Shown one piece after another: positions 10,573-19,978 of a stretch of 64,000 nucleotides of DNA; positions within the stretch are counted from its first letter, which is position 1; every line of letters begins with the position of its first letter. Both the position numbers and the translations under genes were made by a program. The stretch comes from Fibrobacterota bacterium (GTDB lineage: Bacteria; Fibrobacterota; Fibrobacteria; UBA11236), in the NCBI GenBank assembly GCA_019509785.1, contig JAEKLQ010000032.1, positions 11,229 to 75,228 of the forward strand. Reading direction: 5' to 3'. Under the pieces are notes generated by a model, which was not told the DNA's origin, searched no databases, and saw only the letters and a list, made by a program, of their open reading frames with translations.

Positions 10573-11559
10573 ATGAGACGACAAGCTCCGATTCCCCTCG
10601 GTGCGGCGGCGGAATCGGATAGATCCCCGGGCCTTCCGGCATGGCCCGATGCATGGCACGTGGTGGTGCGAAGCGCGGACCTACCCCCGGGAAAAGTCCG
10701 GAGCCTTCCCCTCGCGGGACGGGAGCTGGTGGTCTTCCGTACCGCGGCCGGTTCCCTCGGCGCCTTGGATGCCCATTGCCCCCATATGGGCGCCCATCTC
10801 GGCTGCGCCGCCGTGCAAGGCGGAAGCCTGGTATGTCCGCTCCATGGCTTCGCATTGGATCCCTCCGGCGAAGTTCGCGCGCCCGGCGAACTAGGCGGCG
10901 GCTCGCGTCCAGGCACCCGCGCATATCCGGTGACGGAAGCTTTTGGCCTCGTCTTCGTCCATCCGGGCGGGGACGTTTCGCCGGCAAGACCGCCTCCGCA
11001 ACCTGCCGCGGGCATGCGATGGCTGGCCGGGAGACCGCTTCGCTTGCGCGCCGACTGGCGCCACGTGGTGGTCAATGCCTTCGACCTCCTGCATATGCGC
11101 TCGGTCCATGGCCGCGCCTTGACGGGCCCGGCCCGCATCGAGTCGAAGGACGGCGCCTTGGCCATGAGCTATGAAAGCGGGGTATTGCCGCTGTCCGGGA
11201 CGGCAGGGTATATCACGCGAAGATTGTCGCGGAACCGGATCAAGGTCATGCAAACGTGCTACGGCCCATGGCTCATGGTCGAAAGCACGGTGGGGCCCAT
11301 CCGGACTTGCGCCGTGTTCGGCCTCTTGCAGGAAGGCGAATACCTGCGGGTCTTCAATGCCTTCGGAACCGCCCGCCGCGACCCCCTGGCCCGCTGGGGG
11401 CTCCACCTCATCCGCCTCTTCTACTATGCCTTTCTCCGGAAAGACTTCGCCATCCTGGAAGGCATGCGTCTGCGGTTCGCGCATCCGGAAGACGAAGGCG
11501 TAGCTGCCATAACGGCCTATCTGGAATCCTTCCGCGACCTGGAGCCTTCCGAAGGATGA
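10573..11559 (+). CDS. Rieske non-heme-iron oxygenase (PAO/KshA-like, single-subunit type)
   Basis: The Rieske motif is CPHMGAHL...CPLHGF. The mononuclear-iron motif DLLHMRSVH (DxxHxxxxH) is present. The stop overlaps the next start (ATGA). Confidence 0.75.
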   Translation: MRRQAPIPLGAAAESDRSPGLPAWPDAWHVVVRSADLPPGKVRSLPLAGRELVVFRTAAGSLGALDAHCPHMGAHLGCAAVQGGSLVCPLHGFALDPSGEVRAPGELGGGSRPGTRAYPVTEAFGLVFVHPGGDVSPARPPPQPAAGMRWLAGRPLRLRADWRHVVVNAFDLLHMRSVHGRALTGPARIESKDGALAMSYESGVLPLSGTAGYITRRLSRNRIKVMQTCYGPWLMVESTVGPIRTCAVFGLLQEGEYLRVFNAFGTARRDPLARWGLHLIRLFYYAFLRKDFAILEGMRLRFAHPEDEGVAAITAYLESFRDLEPSEG

Positions 11560-13439
11560 TGGTCGCCCGGAGGAAGGCCGGCATGGATGGCATGGATGGT
11601 CTGCAACGGCCGGAGAAACTTAATCTCCTCCTCATATCGTCTGCCTCGGTCGCGAGCGCCGCATGCCTATGGATGGCTTCCCATGCGCGTGGGTGGATAC
11701 CGATGCTCTTGGCCGCGTGGATCTTCTCTTTCACGGCCAATACCTTGTTCTCCTTGCTCCATGAAGCGGTCCACGGATCGTTCTCCGCGCGGCGGCCGCT
11801 CAACGAATGGGCCGGCAGGGCGGCCTCGGCCTGGTTCCCGACGGGCCTTTCGGTGCAAAGGGCCTTCCACTTGACCCATCACCGGTTCAACCGGTCCCGC
11901 TTCGAGCAATTCGATGTCCTGCATCCGGGGGACAAGGTGTGGCTGAAATACGCCCAATGGTATTCCATTTATACCGGCCTCTATTGGGCCTTCGCCGTTG
12001 CCGCGGCGGCCCTGTTCACCTTGGCGCCGGGATCCCATCGTTGGCGGGTCTTGCGCGATCGTAAAGATCCCGATGCGGCGCAAACCGGATCCGCCGTCTA
12101 CGCCGAAGCCTTGGAAGGAGCGCCCCCGGTCAAGGCCCGTTCGGAAGTCTTGCTCTCCTTCGCCTTCCAGGTATTTCTCTTCTGGTCCCTGGGGCTCTCG
12201 CTCCGGGGTTGGGCCGCATGCTATGGCGCCTTCGCGTTGCAATGGAGCTGGCTGCAATACACCGATCATGCCTTTTCCCCGCTGGATGCCAAACGTGGCG
12301 CGTGGAATTTGCGCGTCGGTCCCTTAGGCAGGGCCTTCTTCCTCGACTACCACCTCCATCTCGCCCATCATCAGCATCCGCAAGCCCCGTGGAACCGCCT
12401 CCGCCACCTGATCGATGGCGCAACCCCGCGGCCTTCCTTTTTCCAAGTGTTCCGCGCGGCAATTGCGGGTCCTCGTAGGGAGGGGGAGTTCCCGGACTTC
12501 GCAGCGGCGCGTGGCCCGGGGTTCCTCGTCATCGCGGAAGCGGAAGCGATGTGCCTCGCGGACTTTTTCCGTTTCGGCCTAAGGCATGTCCGCTATTGGG
12601 GCATAGCCGCGGTGATCTTGTTGGACAGCATGCGGAGTTGGCGATCGCGGCGTGCCTTGCGTCTGGGCTTCGCCTTCCTGCAGCGGATAGATGATTTGCT
12701 CGACGGCCATCGGCCCGCGCCGCGCGAGCCCCTGCATATCGCGCGGAGCCTGGCGACGGCCCTCTGCGGAGGGGCGGGGGACGATCGGGATGCGGCCTTG
12801 ATCCGCATGGCGCGCCTCCTCGCCGCCGACTTGGGCGCGCTCGCGGGCGAGGAAGGTCCGTGCAAGCTGGCGGAAATCCTGAACGTGATGTCCTTGGATC
12901 GCCAACGGGTCATGGAGGGCGCGATTTGGGATAGCGAGGAATTGCAACGGCATTTCCGGAGCACCTTCCGTTTATCCCTGGATCTCCTGCTTATGGCGCG
13001 GGGGTCGGATCTGCGCTCCGCTGATCTGCCGGACCTGGCGGATGCGCTGGCATGGTGTTCGGTGGCCAGGGATCTGCGGGAAGACTTGCGCGGCGGCTTG
13101 ATTAATATTCCTCGCGAGGTGCTGGAGGTCGGCAGGGAGGGCCGGACCGGGCCTTTCGGAGAGACGACCGCGGATGATGCCAATGTGAAGGCGTGGCTCG
13201 CGGAAGAGCATGCCCGGGCCTCGGGCTTGTTGGATCGTCTGGAAGGGAACCTGGCGCTTCTGGATGCGCGTTGCCGGAATTCCGATCGCGGCCGGGGGCT
13301 TCTGCCGCTCAGCATGTTCACGCGATCCCTCCGGGATTTCCATCGCCGGCGTTTTCCGCGCCTGTACCGCTCTTCACGGATTCCGGCGATCGCTCCGAGC
13401 CCTGCGACCGTGCCGCAACCGGCCGCAGCCAGGGCATAG
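11556..13439 (+). CDS. fusion protein: N-terminal membrane fatty-acid-desaturase/hydroxylase-family domain + C-terminal squalene/phytoene-synthase-like (head-to-head prenyl synthase) domain
   Basis: The His boxes are HEAVHG, HLTHHRF and HLAHHQHPQAPW. The C-terminal half carries FAFLQRIDDLLD (cf. PSY RRxDDLVD) and SVARDLREDLRGGLINIPREVLE (cf. NILRDVGEDxxRGRxYLPxDEL). The start was trimmed to the ATGATG at 11556, which is coupled to the upstream stop. Confidence 0.7.
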   Translation: MMVARRKAGMDGMDGLQRPEKLNLLLISSASVASAACLWMASHARGWIPMLLAAWIFSFTANTLFSLLHEAVHGSFSARRPLNEWAGRAASAWFPTGLSVQRAFHLTHHRFNRSRFEQFDVLHPGDKVWLKYAQWYSIYTGLYWAFAVAAAALFTLAPGSHRWRVLRDRKDPDAAQTGSAVYAEALEGAPPVKARSEVLLSFAFQVFLFWSLGLSLRGWAACYGAFALQWSWLQYTDHAFSPLDAKRGAWNLRVGPLGRAFFLDYHLHLAHHQHPQAPWNRLRHLIDGATPRPSFFQVFRAAIAGPRREGEFPDFAAARGPGFLVIAEAEAMCLADFFRFGLRHVRYWGIAAVILLDSMRSWRSRRALRLGFAFLQRIDDLLDGHRPAPREPLHIARSLATALCGGAGDDRDAALIRMARLLAADLGALAGEEGPCKLAEILNVMSLDRQRVMEGAIWDSEELQRHFRSTFRLSLDLLLMARGSDLRSADLPDLADALAWCSVARDLREDLRGGLINIPREVLEVGREGRTGPFGETTADDANVKAWLAEEHARASGLLDRLEGNLALLDARCRNSDRGRGLLPLSMFTRSLRDFHRRRFPRLYRSSRIPAIAPSPATVPQPAAARA

Positions 13440-13441
13440 CG

Positions 13442-15076
13442 ATGAAGTTCCCCTACCTGGCGAATGCCGCGTGGAGCCTCGCCAGCCGCCCGGAAGCTTT
13501 GGCTTTCGAGCGTGGCCTCCGCGACGTGGAGACGGTCCAGCGGGCGCTCCTGCGGGACCTGCTGGCGCGCAACCGTGACAGCGGATACGGAAAGGAGCAC
13601 GGCTTTTCCACCCTCGTCCATGCCGAGGCCTATCGCGACCGGGTACCCGTGGCGGATTATGACGACATGGAACCCTGGATCCGCCGGGCCGCCCGGGGCG
13701 AGAAGGCCCTGACGGCGGAGAGCGTTCTGGTGCTCGAACCGACCGGGGGCAGCCAGGGCGGCAGCAAATGGATCCCCTATACCGCATCGCTCCGCAAGGA
13801 ATTCCGGCGGGGCCTGGCCCCCTGGATCCATAGCATGTTCCGTCGTTTCCCGGCGGCGATGCGCGGCACCGCCTATTGGTCGCTTTCGCCGCCCCTGCAA
13901 CGCGAACCGGGCTTCGAGTATTCGGTAAAGGCCGGCTTCGAAAGCGATGCGGATTACCTGGGGCCCCTCGGGCGCATCCTGGAAAGCCAAGCCTTCGCCG
14001 CGCCGTCCTCGGTGCTGCGGGAAAGGAACGCCGATGCCTTTTTCCATCTCACCGCATCGCACCTGTTGGCGTCGGAGGATCTGGCTCTCATTTCGGTGTG
14101 GAACCCTACCTTTCTCGCCTTGCTGCTCGACCGCATCCGCGCGGATCGGGAAAGCCTGCTGCGCGGCCTCCGCGACGGCGGGAGGGGCGCCCGCGCCCGG
14201 ACGGTCGCAAGGGCATTGGACGGGAGCGAGGACAGGGCCTGGATCGGAATATGGCCCCGCCTCGCCTTGATCAGCTGTTGGCGGGACGGCTGGGCCGCGG
14301 GCCCTGCGGATCGTTTGGCGGAATTTTTCCCCGGAGTCGCCTTCCAGGCCAAAGGCCTCCTGGCCACCGAAGCCCTGGTTTCCTTGCCCTGGCATGTTCC
14401 AGAAACGCTATCGGAAAACGGGAAGGAAGACGGGAGGGAAGACGGGACGTATGGCGCGCCCCTTCACCTTCTCAATTATCGCGGGCACTTTTTCGAATTC
14501 CTCGACGTCGAATCCGGTAAGACCCGTTTCGCCTGGGAGACCAAGGCTGGGGGCGTCTACTCGGTGCTGGTCACGACCGGCGGCGGGCTATACCGGTACC
14601 GGCTGCGCGATCTCGTGCGTATCGAAGGTTTCCGCTCCGCCTGCCCGGCGGTGCGTTTCTTGTCGAAGGAAGAGTCGTTCTCGGATCTGACGGGAGAGAA
14701 ATTGCAATCGGATTTCGTTCAGCATTGCGCGGAGCAGGCGTTAGCCGAGGCCGGGATCGGCACGGTCTTCTATCTGCTGGCGCCGGAGCCGGATGCGACG
14801 CCGCCCCGCTACGCCTTGCACGTCGGGCTGGAAGGGGATTCGCGGGCCAGCGCCCTGGAGGCCCGCCTGGAAGCGGCCTTGGAAGGGAACTTCCAATACG
14901 GCCTTAGCCGCAAGCTCGGGCAATTGGCACCAGTCCGAGTGGTGCCCGCCGGTCCCGGCGCGGAAAGTCGATATTACTACTATAAGGGCTTACGCGCGAA
15001 GTTGGGGGATATCAAGTGGAAGCCGTTGGAAAGCTCAGGCCCCTGGGCGGACATCCTGCGATCGAAACATCCATGA
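13442..15076 (+). CDS. GH3-family acyl-acid amido synthetase-like adenylating enzyme
   Basis: The motifs VQRALLRDLLARNRDSGYGKEHGF, VPVADYDDMEPWIRRAARGE and VLVLEPTGGSQGGSKWIPYT match GH3 (PF03321) signatures. The ATG at 13442 is 2 nt after the upstream TAG. Confidence 0.7.
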   Translation: MKFPYLANAAWSLASRPEALAFERGLRDVETVQRALLRDLLARNRDSGYGKEHGFSTLVHAEAYRDRVPVADYDDMEPWIRRAARGEKALTAESVLVLEPTGGSQGGSKWIPYTASLRKEFRRGLAPWIHSMFRRFPAAMRGTAYWSLSPPLQREPGFEYSVKAGFESDADYLGPLGRILESQAFAAPSSVLRERNADAFFHLTASHLLASEDLALISVWNPTFLALLLDRIRADRESLLRGLRDGGRGARARTVARALDGSEDRAWIGIWPRLALISCWRDGWAAGPADRLAEFFPGVAFQAKGLLATEALVSLPWHVPETLSENGKEDGREDGTYGAPLHLLNYRGHFFEFLDVESGKTRFAWETKAGGVYSVLVTTGGGLYRYRLRDLVRIEGFRSACPAVRFLSKEESFSDLTGEKLQSDFVQHCAEQALAEAGIGTVFYLLAPEPDATPPRYALHVGLEGDSRASALEARLEAALEGNFQYGLSRKLGQLAPVRVVPAGPGAESRYYYYKGLRAKLGDIKWKPLESSGPWADILRSKHP

Positions 15077-16083
15077 TACCCCTGCCTACCATGGCCACCG
15101 CGCCGACGGCCCAGGAAAAGATCCGCGGCATCCGCGAGGATCTTGCCTTCGGATGCGAAGCCCGCCTTCGGGATCTGCATGCCCTGGACGCGCGCCTGCA
15201 CGCGCGCTACGCCCTCTTCCCGGCCTTGCTCGCGGCGGGACTTCTGCTTTCCGCATCGGCCCTGCGCGGGCTGGAGATCGCGTGGCCGCGCTACGCCGCC
15301 GGCGTTCTGCTCGCCGCTCTGGGGATGAACAGCTGCTTTCTCCTTATCCATGAGGCCGTACACGGGATCCTGTTCCGGAACCCGGCCTGGAACCGGCTGG
15401 CGGGCGTCCTGCTTGCGGTCTGCGGCGGCATGGCCTTCAGCGCTTACCGTTTCCTCCACCTCCGCCACCATGAATTCCTGGGCGATCCCAGGGACCCCGA
15501 TGACTACGCCAACTATTCGCGCAGCCCGCGCCTCGTCTGGCTCATGCATTTCGTCCGCTTGGGGCTAGGCACGGTCCTCTACGTCTTCGCCATCCCCGTG
15601 GTTTCCCTGCGCCATGCCCCCGCGGCCGATCGCCGCGCCATCCTCGCGGAATACGCCTTGCTCTCGATCCTCATCCCCGCCGTGCTGTGCCTGGTTTCCC
15701 CCGGCAAGATCCTGGCCGTCTGGGGCGCGCCCTTCCTCCTGGCGAATTGGATGATCAATATCCGGGGCTTCTCCCAGCACGGCATCGCCGAGGCTTCCGA
15801 TCCGTGGCTAGCCAGCCGGTCCACCGTTCCGCATCCCCTGGTGCGGTTCTTCCTCATCAACGAGAACTTCCACCTGGAGCATCATCTTTTCCCCGGCGTA
15901 CCCGGCTATCGCCTCGCGGAATTGCACGTCCTGTTGCGCCCGCATATCCCGCGCCGCTTGCTCTGCCGTTCCTACGCGTCCTTCCTGGCCGCCTTCCTGC
16001 GGCAAGCGCCCCGCATGGACGAACATCCCATCGGCCTTACCTTCCAATCGGTCCAGGGACGCGATGGAGGAAGGTGCCTATGA
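15073..16083 (+). CDS. membrane fatty-acid desaturase family protein
   Basis: The three His boxes are HEAVHG, HLRHHEF and HLEHHLFP. The start overlaps the upstream stop (ATGA). Confidence 0.75.
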   Translation: MIPLPTMATAPTAQEKIRGIREDLAFGCEARLRDLHALDARLHARYALFPALLAAGLLLSASALRGLEIAWPRYAAGVLLAALGMNSCFLLIHEAVHGILFRNPAWNRLAGVLLAVCGGMAFSAYRFLHLRHHEFLGDPRDPDDYANYSRSPRLVWLMHFVRLGLGTVLYVFAIPVVSLRHAPAADRRAILAEYALLSILIPAVLCLVSPGKILAVWGAPFLLANWMINIRGFSQHGIAEASDPWLASRSTVPHPLVRFFLINENFHLEHHLFPGVPGYRLAELHVLLRPHIPRRLLCRSYASFLAAFLRQAPRMDEHPIGLTFQSVQGRDGGRCL

Positions 16084-17420
16084 TGGCCGGCAAGATCCGC
16101 ATCGCCTTGCTCTCCCCCAAAGGCCCGCTGTACAAGCACAAGACCGGCATCTTCCGCAAGTCCCTGCGGGTGGCGCCCTTGACCTTGACTACCTTGGCTG
16201 CGCTGATCCCGGAAGACGTACCCGCCGAGTTACGCCTGATCGACGAAGGCGTGGACGATATCCCCCTGGATCTGGATGCCGACCTGGTGGGGATGACCGT
16301 CATCACCGGATCCTCCACGCGCGCCTACGAACTCTCCGCACATTTCCGCTCCCGCGGCATCAAGGTGGTGCTGGGCGGTCCCCACGTGACCCTGGTGCCG
16401 GACGAGGCTTCCCGGCACGCCGACAGCATCGTCACCGGCTATGCCGAAGAGACCTGGCCCGAACTGCTGCGGGATTTCAAGCGCGGGAAAATGCGGCCGC
16501 GCTATTCCCAGTCCCCGTCCTTCTCCCTGGCCACCCCAGGCAACCATCCGTTTCCGCATCGGCATCTCCTGCCCAAGTCCATGTACAAGACCCGCAACAC
16601 CTTCGAGGCCACCCGGGGTTGCATCCATGCCTGCGAGTTCTGCGTGGTGCCCACGGCCTGGGGCCGCAAGCCTTTCCACAAGCCCGTGGGCCAAGTGGTA
16701 GAGGATATCCGCCGCACCGGCGCGAAGCACCTCGTTTTTTACGACCTCAACCTCATCGCCGATCCCGAGTACGCCAAGGAACTGTTCCGGGCCCTGATTC
16801 CGCTCAAGGTGCAATGGTTCGGGCTCTCCACCACCTTCGTCAACCGGGATCCGGAGCTGCTGGATCTGACGGCGAAAAGCGGATGCATGGGCTTGCTGGT
16901 GGGCTTCGAGAGCGTGAGCCGCGCTTCCCTGGCGGCGGTCAAGAAGGGCTTCAACAAGCCGGACGACTATCCTGGCTTCATCCGCGAATTGCACGGGCGG
17001 GGCATCGCCCTCATGGGCACCTTCGTATTCGGCTCCGACGGGGATACGCCGGACAGCTTCGCCGAGGTGGTGGACTTCGTGCAGGAGCATAAGATCGACC
17101 TGCCGCGTTATAGCGTTATGACCCCTTTTCCTGGTACACCGTTGCATACGCGCCTGGAAGCGTCGGGCCGCATCCTCACCAAGGATTGGAGCCAATACGA
17201 CGGCCAGCACGTGGTGTTCCAACCCAAGCAAATGACCGCCAAGCGATTGCAAGAAGGCCATGAATGGGCCTGGAAGCGAACTTACAGCCTCAAGCACGTG
17301 GCGGGTCGCATGCTGCGCATCATGCCCCATTGGCCCCTCATCCTCACGGCCAATTTCGGCTATCGGTTCTACGCCCACAACCTGGGCCGCTTCTATACTT
17401 GCCAAGGCGGGCTGGTATGA
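16080..17420 (+). CDS. cobalamin(B12)-binding radical SAM protein (class B rSAM)
   Basis: There is an N-terminal B12-binding-like domain (VGMTVITGSSTRAYELSAHFRSRGIKVVLGGPH). The rSAM cluster is TRGCIHACEFC (CxxxCxxC). The ATGATG start is coupled to the upstream TGA. Confidence 0.8.
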   Translation: MMAGKIRIALLSPKGPLYKHKTGIFRKSLRVAPLTLTTLAALIPEDVPAELRLIDEGVDDIPLDLDADLVGMTVITGSSTRAYELSAHFRSRGIKVVLGGPHVTLVPDEASRHADSIVTGYAEETWPELLRDFKRGKMRPRYSQSPSFSLATPGNHPFPHRHLLPKSMYKTRNTFEATRGCIHACEFCVVPTAWGRKPFHKPVGQVVEDIRRTGAKHLVFYDLNLIADPEYAKELFRALIPLKVQWFGLSTTFVNRDPELLDLTAKSGCMGLLVGFESVSRASLAAVKKGFNKPDDYPGFIRELHGRGIALMGTFVFGSDGDTPDSFAEVVDFVQEHKIDLPRYSVMTPFPGTPLHTRLEASGRILTKDWSQYDGQHVVFQPKQMTAKRLQEGHEWAWKRTYSLKHVAGRMLRIMPHWPLILTANFGYRFYAHNLGRFYTCQGGLV

Positions 17421-18838
17421 ACAAGATCCGCCTTACCATCGTCCACCCGTGCATCGGCCGCAAGCCCGGGGTGGAGTATATCCGCTCTTGGCAGATGGAG
17501 CCCCTGCCCGCGGCCTATCTGGCGGCCCTGGCGGCGCCGTACGCGGACATCTCGTTCCATGACGATCGTATGGAAGCGATCCCTTACGACGAGCCCGCGG
17601 ACCTGGTGGCTATCAGCGTGGAGACTTATACCGCCAAACGGGCCTACCAGATCGCCACCGAGTATCGCAAACGCGGCGTGCCAGTGGTGATGGGCGGCTT
17701 CCATGCCACCCTCATCCCCGAAGAGGTGATGGAATACGCCGAGGCCATCGTGATCGGCGAAGGCGAGCAGCTTTTCCCCAGGCTCCTGGAAGACTTCCGG
17801 GCAGGCCGGATGAAACGCGTGTATCGCGCCGAAGGGAGATCCGAGATCGGATCCATCCGTCCCGACCGTTCCATCTTCGCGGGCAAACGATATCTCAAGA
17901 TCGGGCTGGTGGAGGCGGCCCGGGGTTGCCATTTCAAGTGCGACTTCTGCGCCATCACCACCTACTTCGGCGCCACCCAGAGCCGCCGCCCCATCGACAA
18001 CGTGATCGCGGAGATCCGATCCATCAAGGACGGCCGCAAGCTCTTCTTCTTCGTGGACGACAACATCGTCTCGCATCCCAAGTGGGCCAAGGAGTTCTAC
18101 CGGGCCCTCATCCCCCTGAAGATCCGCTGGGTAAGCCAGGCCACCCTGACCATGGCCCAGGACAACGAGTTGATGGATCTGATGAAGCGGAGCGGCTGCC
18201 AAGGCGTGCTCATCGGCTTCGAGACCCTGGACCCTGCGAACCTGAAGGCCATGAACAAGCGCTTCAACGAAGTGAAAGGCGGCTTCCCCGCCGTCATCTC
18301 CAAGCTGAACCGCCACGGGCTCCGCCTCTACGCCACCTTCATCTTCGGCTACGACGCCGACACGCCCGAAAGCTTCGCGCGCACCGTGGCCTTCTGCAAG
18401 GAGCAGAACATCTTCATGGTCGCCTTCAACCATATCACCCCTTTTCCTGGTACGCAGTTGTACAAGCGCCTGGAAAAGGAAGGCCGGCTTCTCTACGGCA
18501 AGTGGTGGCTGGACGACCGCTACCAATACGGACAGGTGCCATTCAAGACCGTCCTGCCGCCGGAACTGATCCAGGAAGAATGCGTCAAGGCCCGCAAGAG
18601 CTTCTACAGCCTCGGCTCCATCCTGAAGCGCCTCCGCAACCGGGCCAATACCGGCAGCCTGTTCATGTTGCGCTCCTATTTCTTCATCAACTTCCTCCTG
18701 GGCAAGGAAGCCTCCCAGCGGGAGAACTATCCCTTGGGAGATGCCTCCTGGCGCGGGACCATCCTCAAGGCGGACGAGGACAGCCTGCGGCGCGCGGGCG
18801 TGATTCCTGAGATTCCCGCCATGCAGGCCGCGGAATGA
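17417..18838 (+). CDS. cobalamin(B12)-binding radical SAM protein (paralog of previous)
   Basis: The rSAM cluster is ARGCHFKCDFC. The architecture is the same as the upstream gene at about 45% visible identity. The overlap is ATGA. Confidence 0.8.
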   Translation: MNKIRLTIVHPCIGRKPGVEYIRSWQMEPLPAAYLAALAAPYADISFHDDRMEAIPYDEPADLVAISVETYTAKRAYQIATEYRKRGVPVVMGGFHATLIPEEVMEYAEAIVIGEGEQLFPRLLEDFRAGRMKRVYRAEGRSEIGSIRPDRSIFAGKRYLKIGLVEAARGCHFKCDFCAITTYFGATQSRRPIDNVIAEIRSIKDGRKLFFFVDDNIVSHPKWAKEFYRALIPLKIRWVSQATLTMAQDNELMDLMKRSGCQGVLIGFETLDPANLKAMNKRFNEVKGGFPAVISKLNRHGLRLYATFIFGYDADTPESFARTVAFCKEQNIFMVAFNHITPFPGTQLYKRLEKEGRLLYGKWWLDDRYQYGQVPFKTVLPPELIQEECVKARKSFYSLGSILKRLRNRANTGSLFMLRSYFFINFLLGKEASQRENYPLGDASWRGTILKADEDSLRRAGVIPEIPAMQAAE

Positions 18839-19977
18839 AACAGGTAGGAAAGGCCATCGACTCCGTTCCGGTCCTCGACCTCCACACCGTACGGGAAGCC
18901 GTTCCCGGGGACGACGCTTCCATCCGCGCCTTGTTGCGGCGTTCCCCCATGCCCGGGGATATCCGCATGGCCTTTACCCGGGAGCCCTCTTTCTTCGCGA
19001 GCCTCGAGGTTGAGGGGAAGGCGGGCCGGGCCGCCGTCGCCGAGGCCCTGGACGGCGCTATACGGGGGCTTATCGTGCGCAACGAGAAGGAAGCCTGGGT
19101 GAACGGAAACCCCATGCCCCTAGGCTACCTGAGCGGCCTACGCGTGGAGCCGATCCCGGATCGGGTGGTCGTCCTCCGGCGAGGCGCCGATTTCATCCGG
19201 CGCTGCCATGGGGAAGGCCGCGCGCGCATCTATCTCCAGACCGTCACCGAAGGGAATCGCAAGGCCGCGGCCCTGCTCTCCGCCGGGCGCCTCGGCATGC
19301 CCCGCCTCAAGGATCTGGGCGGCCTGCATACCTTCCTGCTGTCCCCTTCCGTATCACGCAAGTTACCGAACCTTCTCGGTTACGAAGTGCGGGCCGCCTC
19401 CCGGAACGATATCCCGGAGGTGATCGCTTTCCTTGGGGGCGAAGGGGCCCGCCAATTCTTCCCTTGCTACCGACCGGAGGATTTCGGCCCCCGGGGCGGA
19501 CTTCTCAAGGGCCTTTCCGCCGGCGACGTGCTCCTTCTGACCCGGGACGGCAGGCTGGCAGGAACTTTAGGCCTTTGGGACCAGGAGCCCTGCAAGCAAA
19601 GTTTCATCGCCGGCTACGGCCCCGCTCTCAATCGCATGCGGCCCTTCTATAATCTGCTGGCCCGCTTCCGGTCCCGTCCCGGCCTGCCCGCGGCCGGCGC
19701 AACCGTGCGGCATCTCAAGGCCGCCTTGCTCCGGATCGAGGGGGATGATGCCGGAGCTTTCGCCGTCCTCCTGAAGCATGCGTTGTGGAAGGCGCGCGAA
19801 CGGTCTTTGCCCTTGGCCATCATGGTCCACGAGCGCGATCCCTTCCTGCCCGTCCTGCGCGCCTTGCCTTCGGTGGCCTATGCCAGCCGCCTCTTCGCGG
19901 CTTATTTCGAGGATGGCCGGGAACTGGCGGAATCCCTGGACGGCCTCGTGCCGTACGTGGAATTGGGGGCGCTTTAG
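18835..19977 (+). CDS. hypothetical protein, possibly tandem acyl-CoA N-acyltransferase (GNAT/FemAB-like) fold
   Basis: It is a 380-aa ORF with strong codon bias, coupled to the upstream gene (ATGA). It matches no family confidently, so the fold is a guess from the composition pattern. Confidence 0.4.
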   Translation: MKQVGKAIDSVPVLDLHTVREAVPGDDASIRALLRRSPMPGDIRMAFTREPSFFASLEVEGKAGRAAVAEALDGAIRGLIVRNEKEAWVNGNPMPLGYLSGLRVEPIPDRVVVLRRGADFIRRCHGEGRARIYLQTVTEGNRKAAALLSAGRLGMPRLKDLGGLHTFLLSPSVSRKLPNLLGYEVRAASRNDIPEVIAFLGGEGARQFFPCYRPEDFGPRGGLLKGLSAGDVLLLTRDGRLAGTLGLWDQEPCKQSFIAGYGPALNRMRPFYNLLARFRSRPGLPAAGATVRHLKAALLRIEGDDAGAFAVLLKHALWKARERSLPLAIMVHERDPFLPVLRALPSVAYASRLFAAYFEDGRELAESLDGLVPYVELGAL

Positions 19978-19978
19978 C

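Noticed and set aside
11256-11555. Upstream extension of the desaturase-synthase fusion ORF (six-frame start 11256)
   Set aside because: The extension overlaps the Rieske oxygenase gene in another frame. The ATGATG at 11556 is coupled to the upstream stop and precedes the first TM helix.
15687-16079. Upstream extension of the first rSAM ORF
   Set aside because: It overlaps the desaturase gene. The ATGATG at 16080 gives the typical B12-domain N-terminus and is stop-start coupled.
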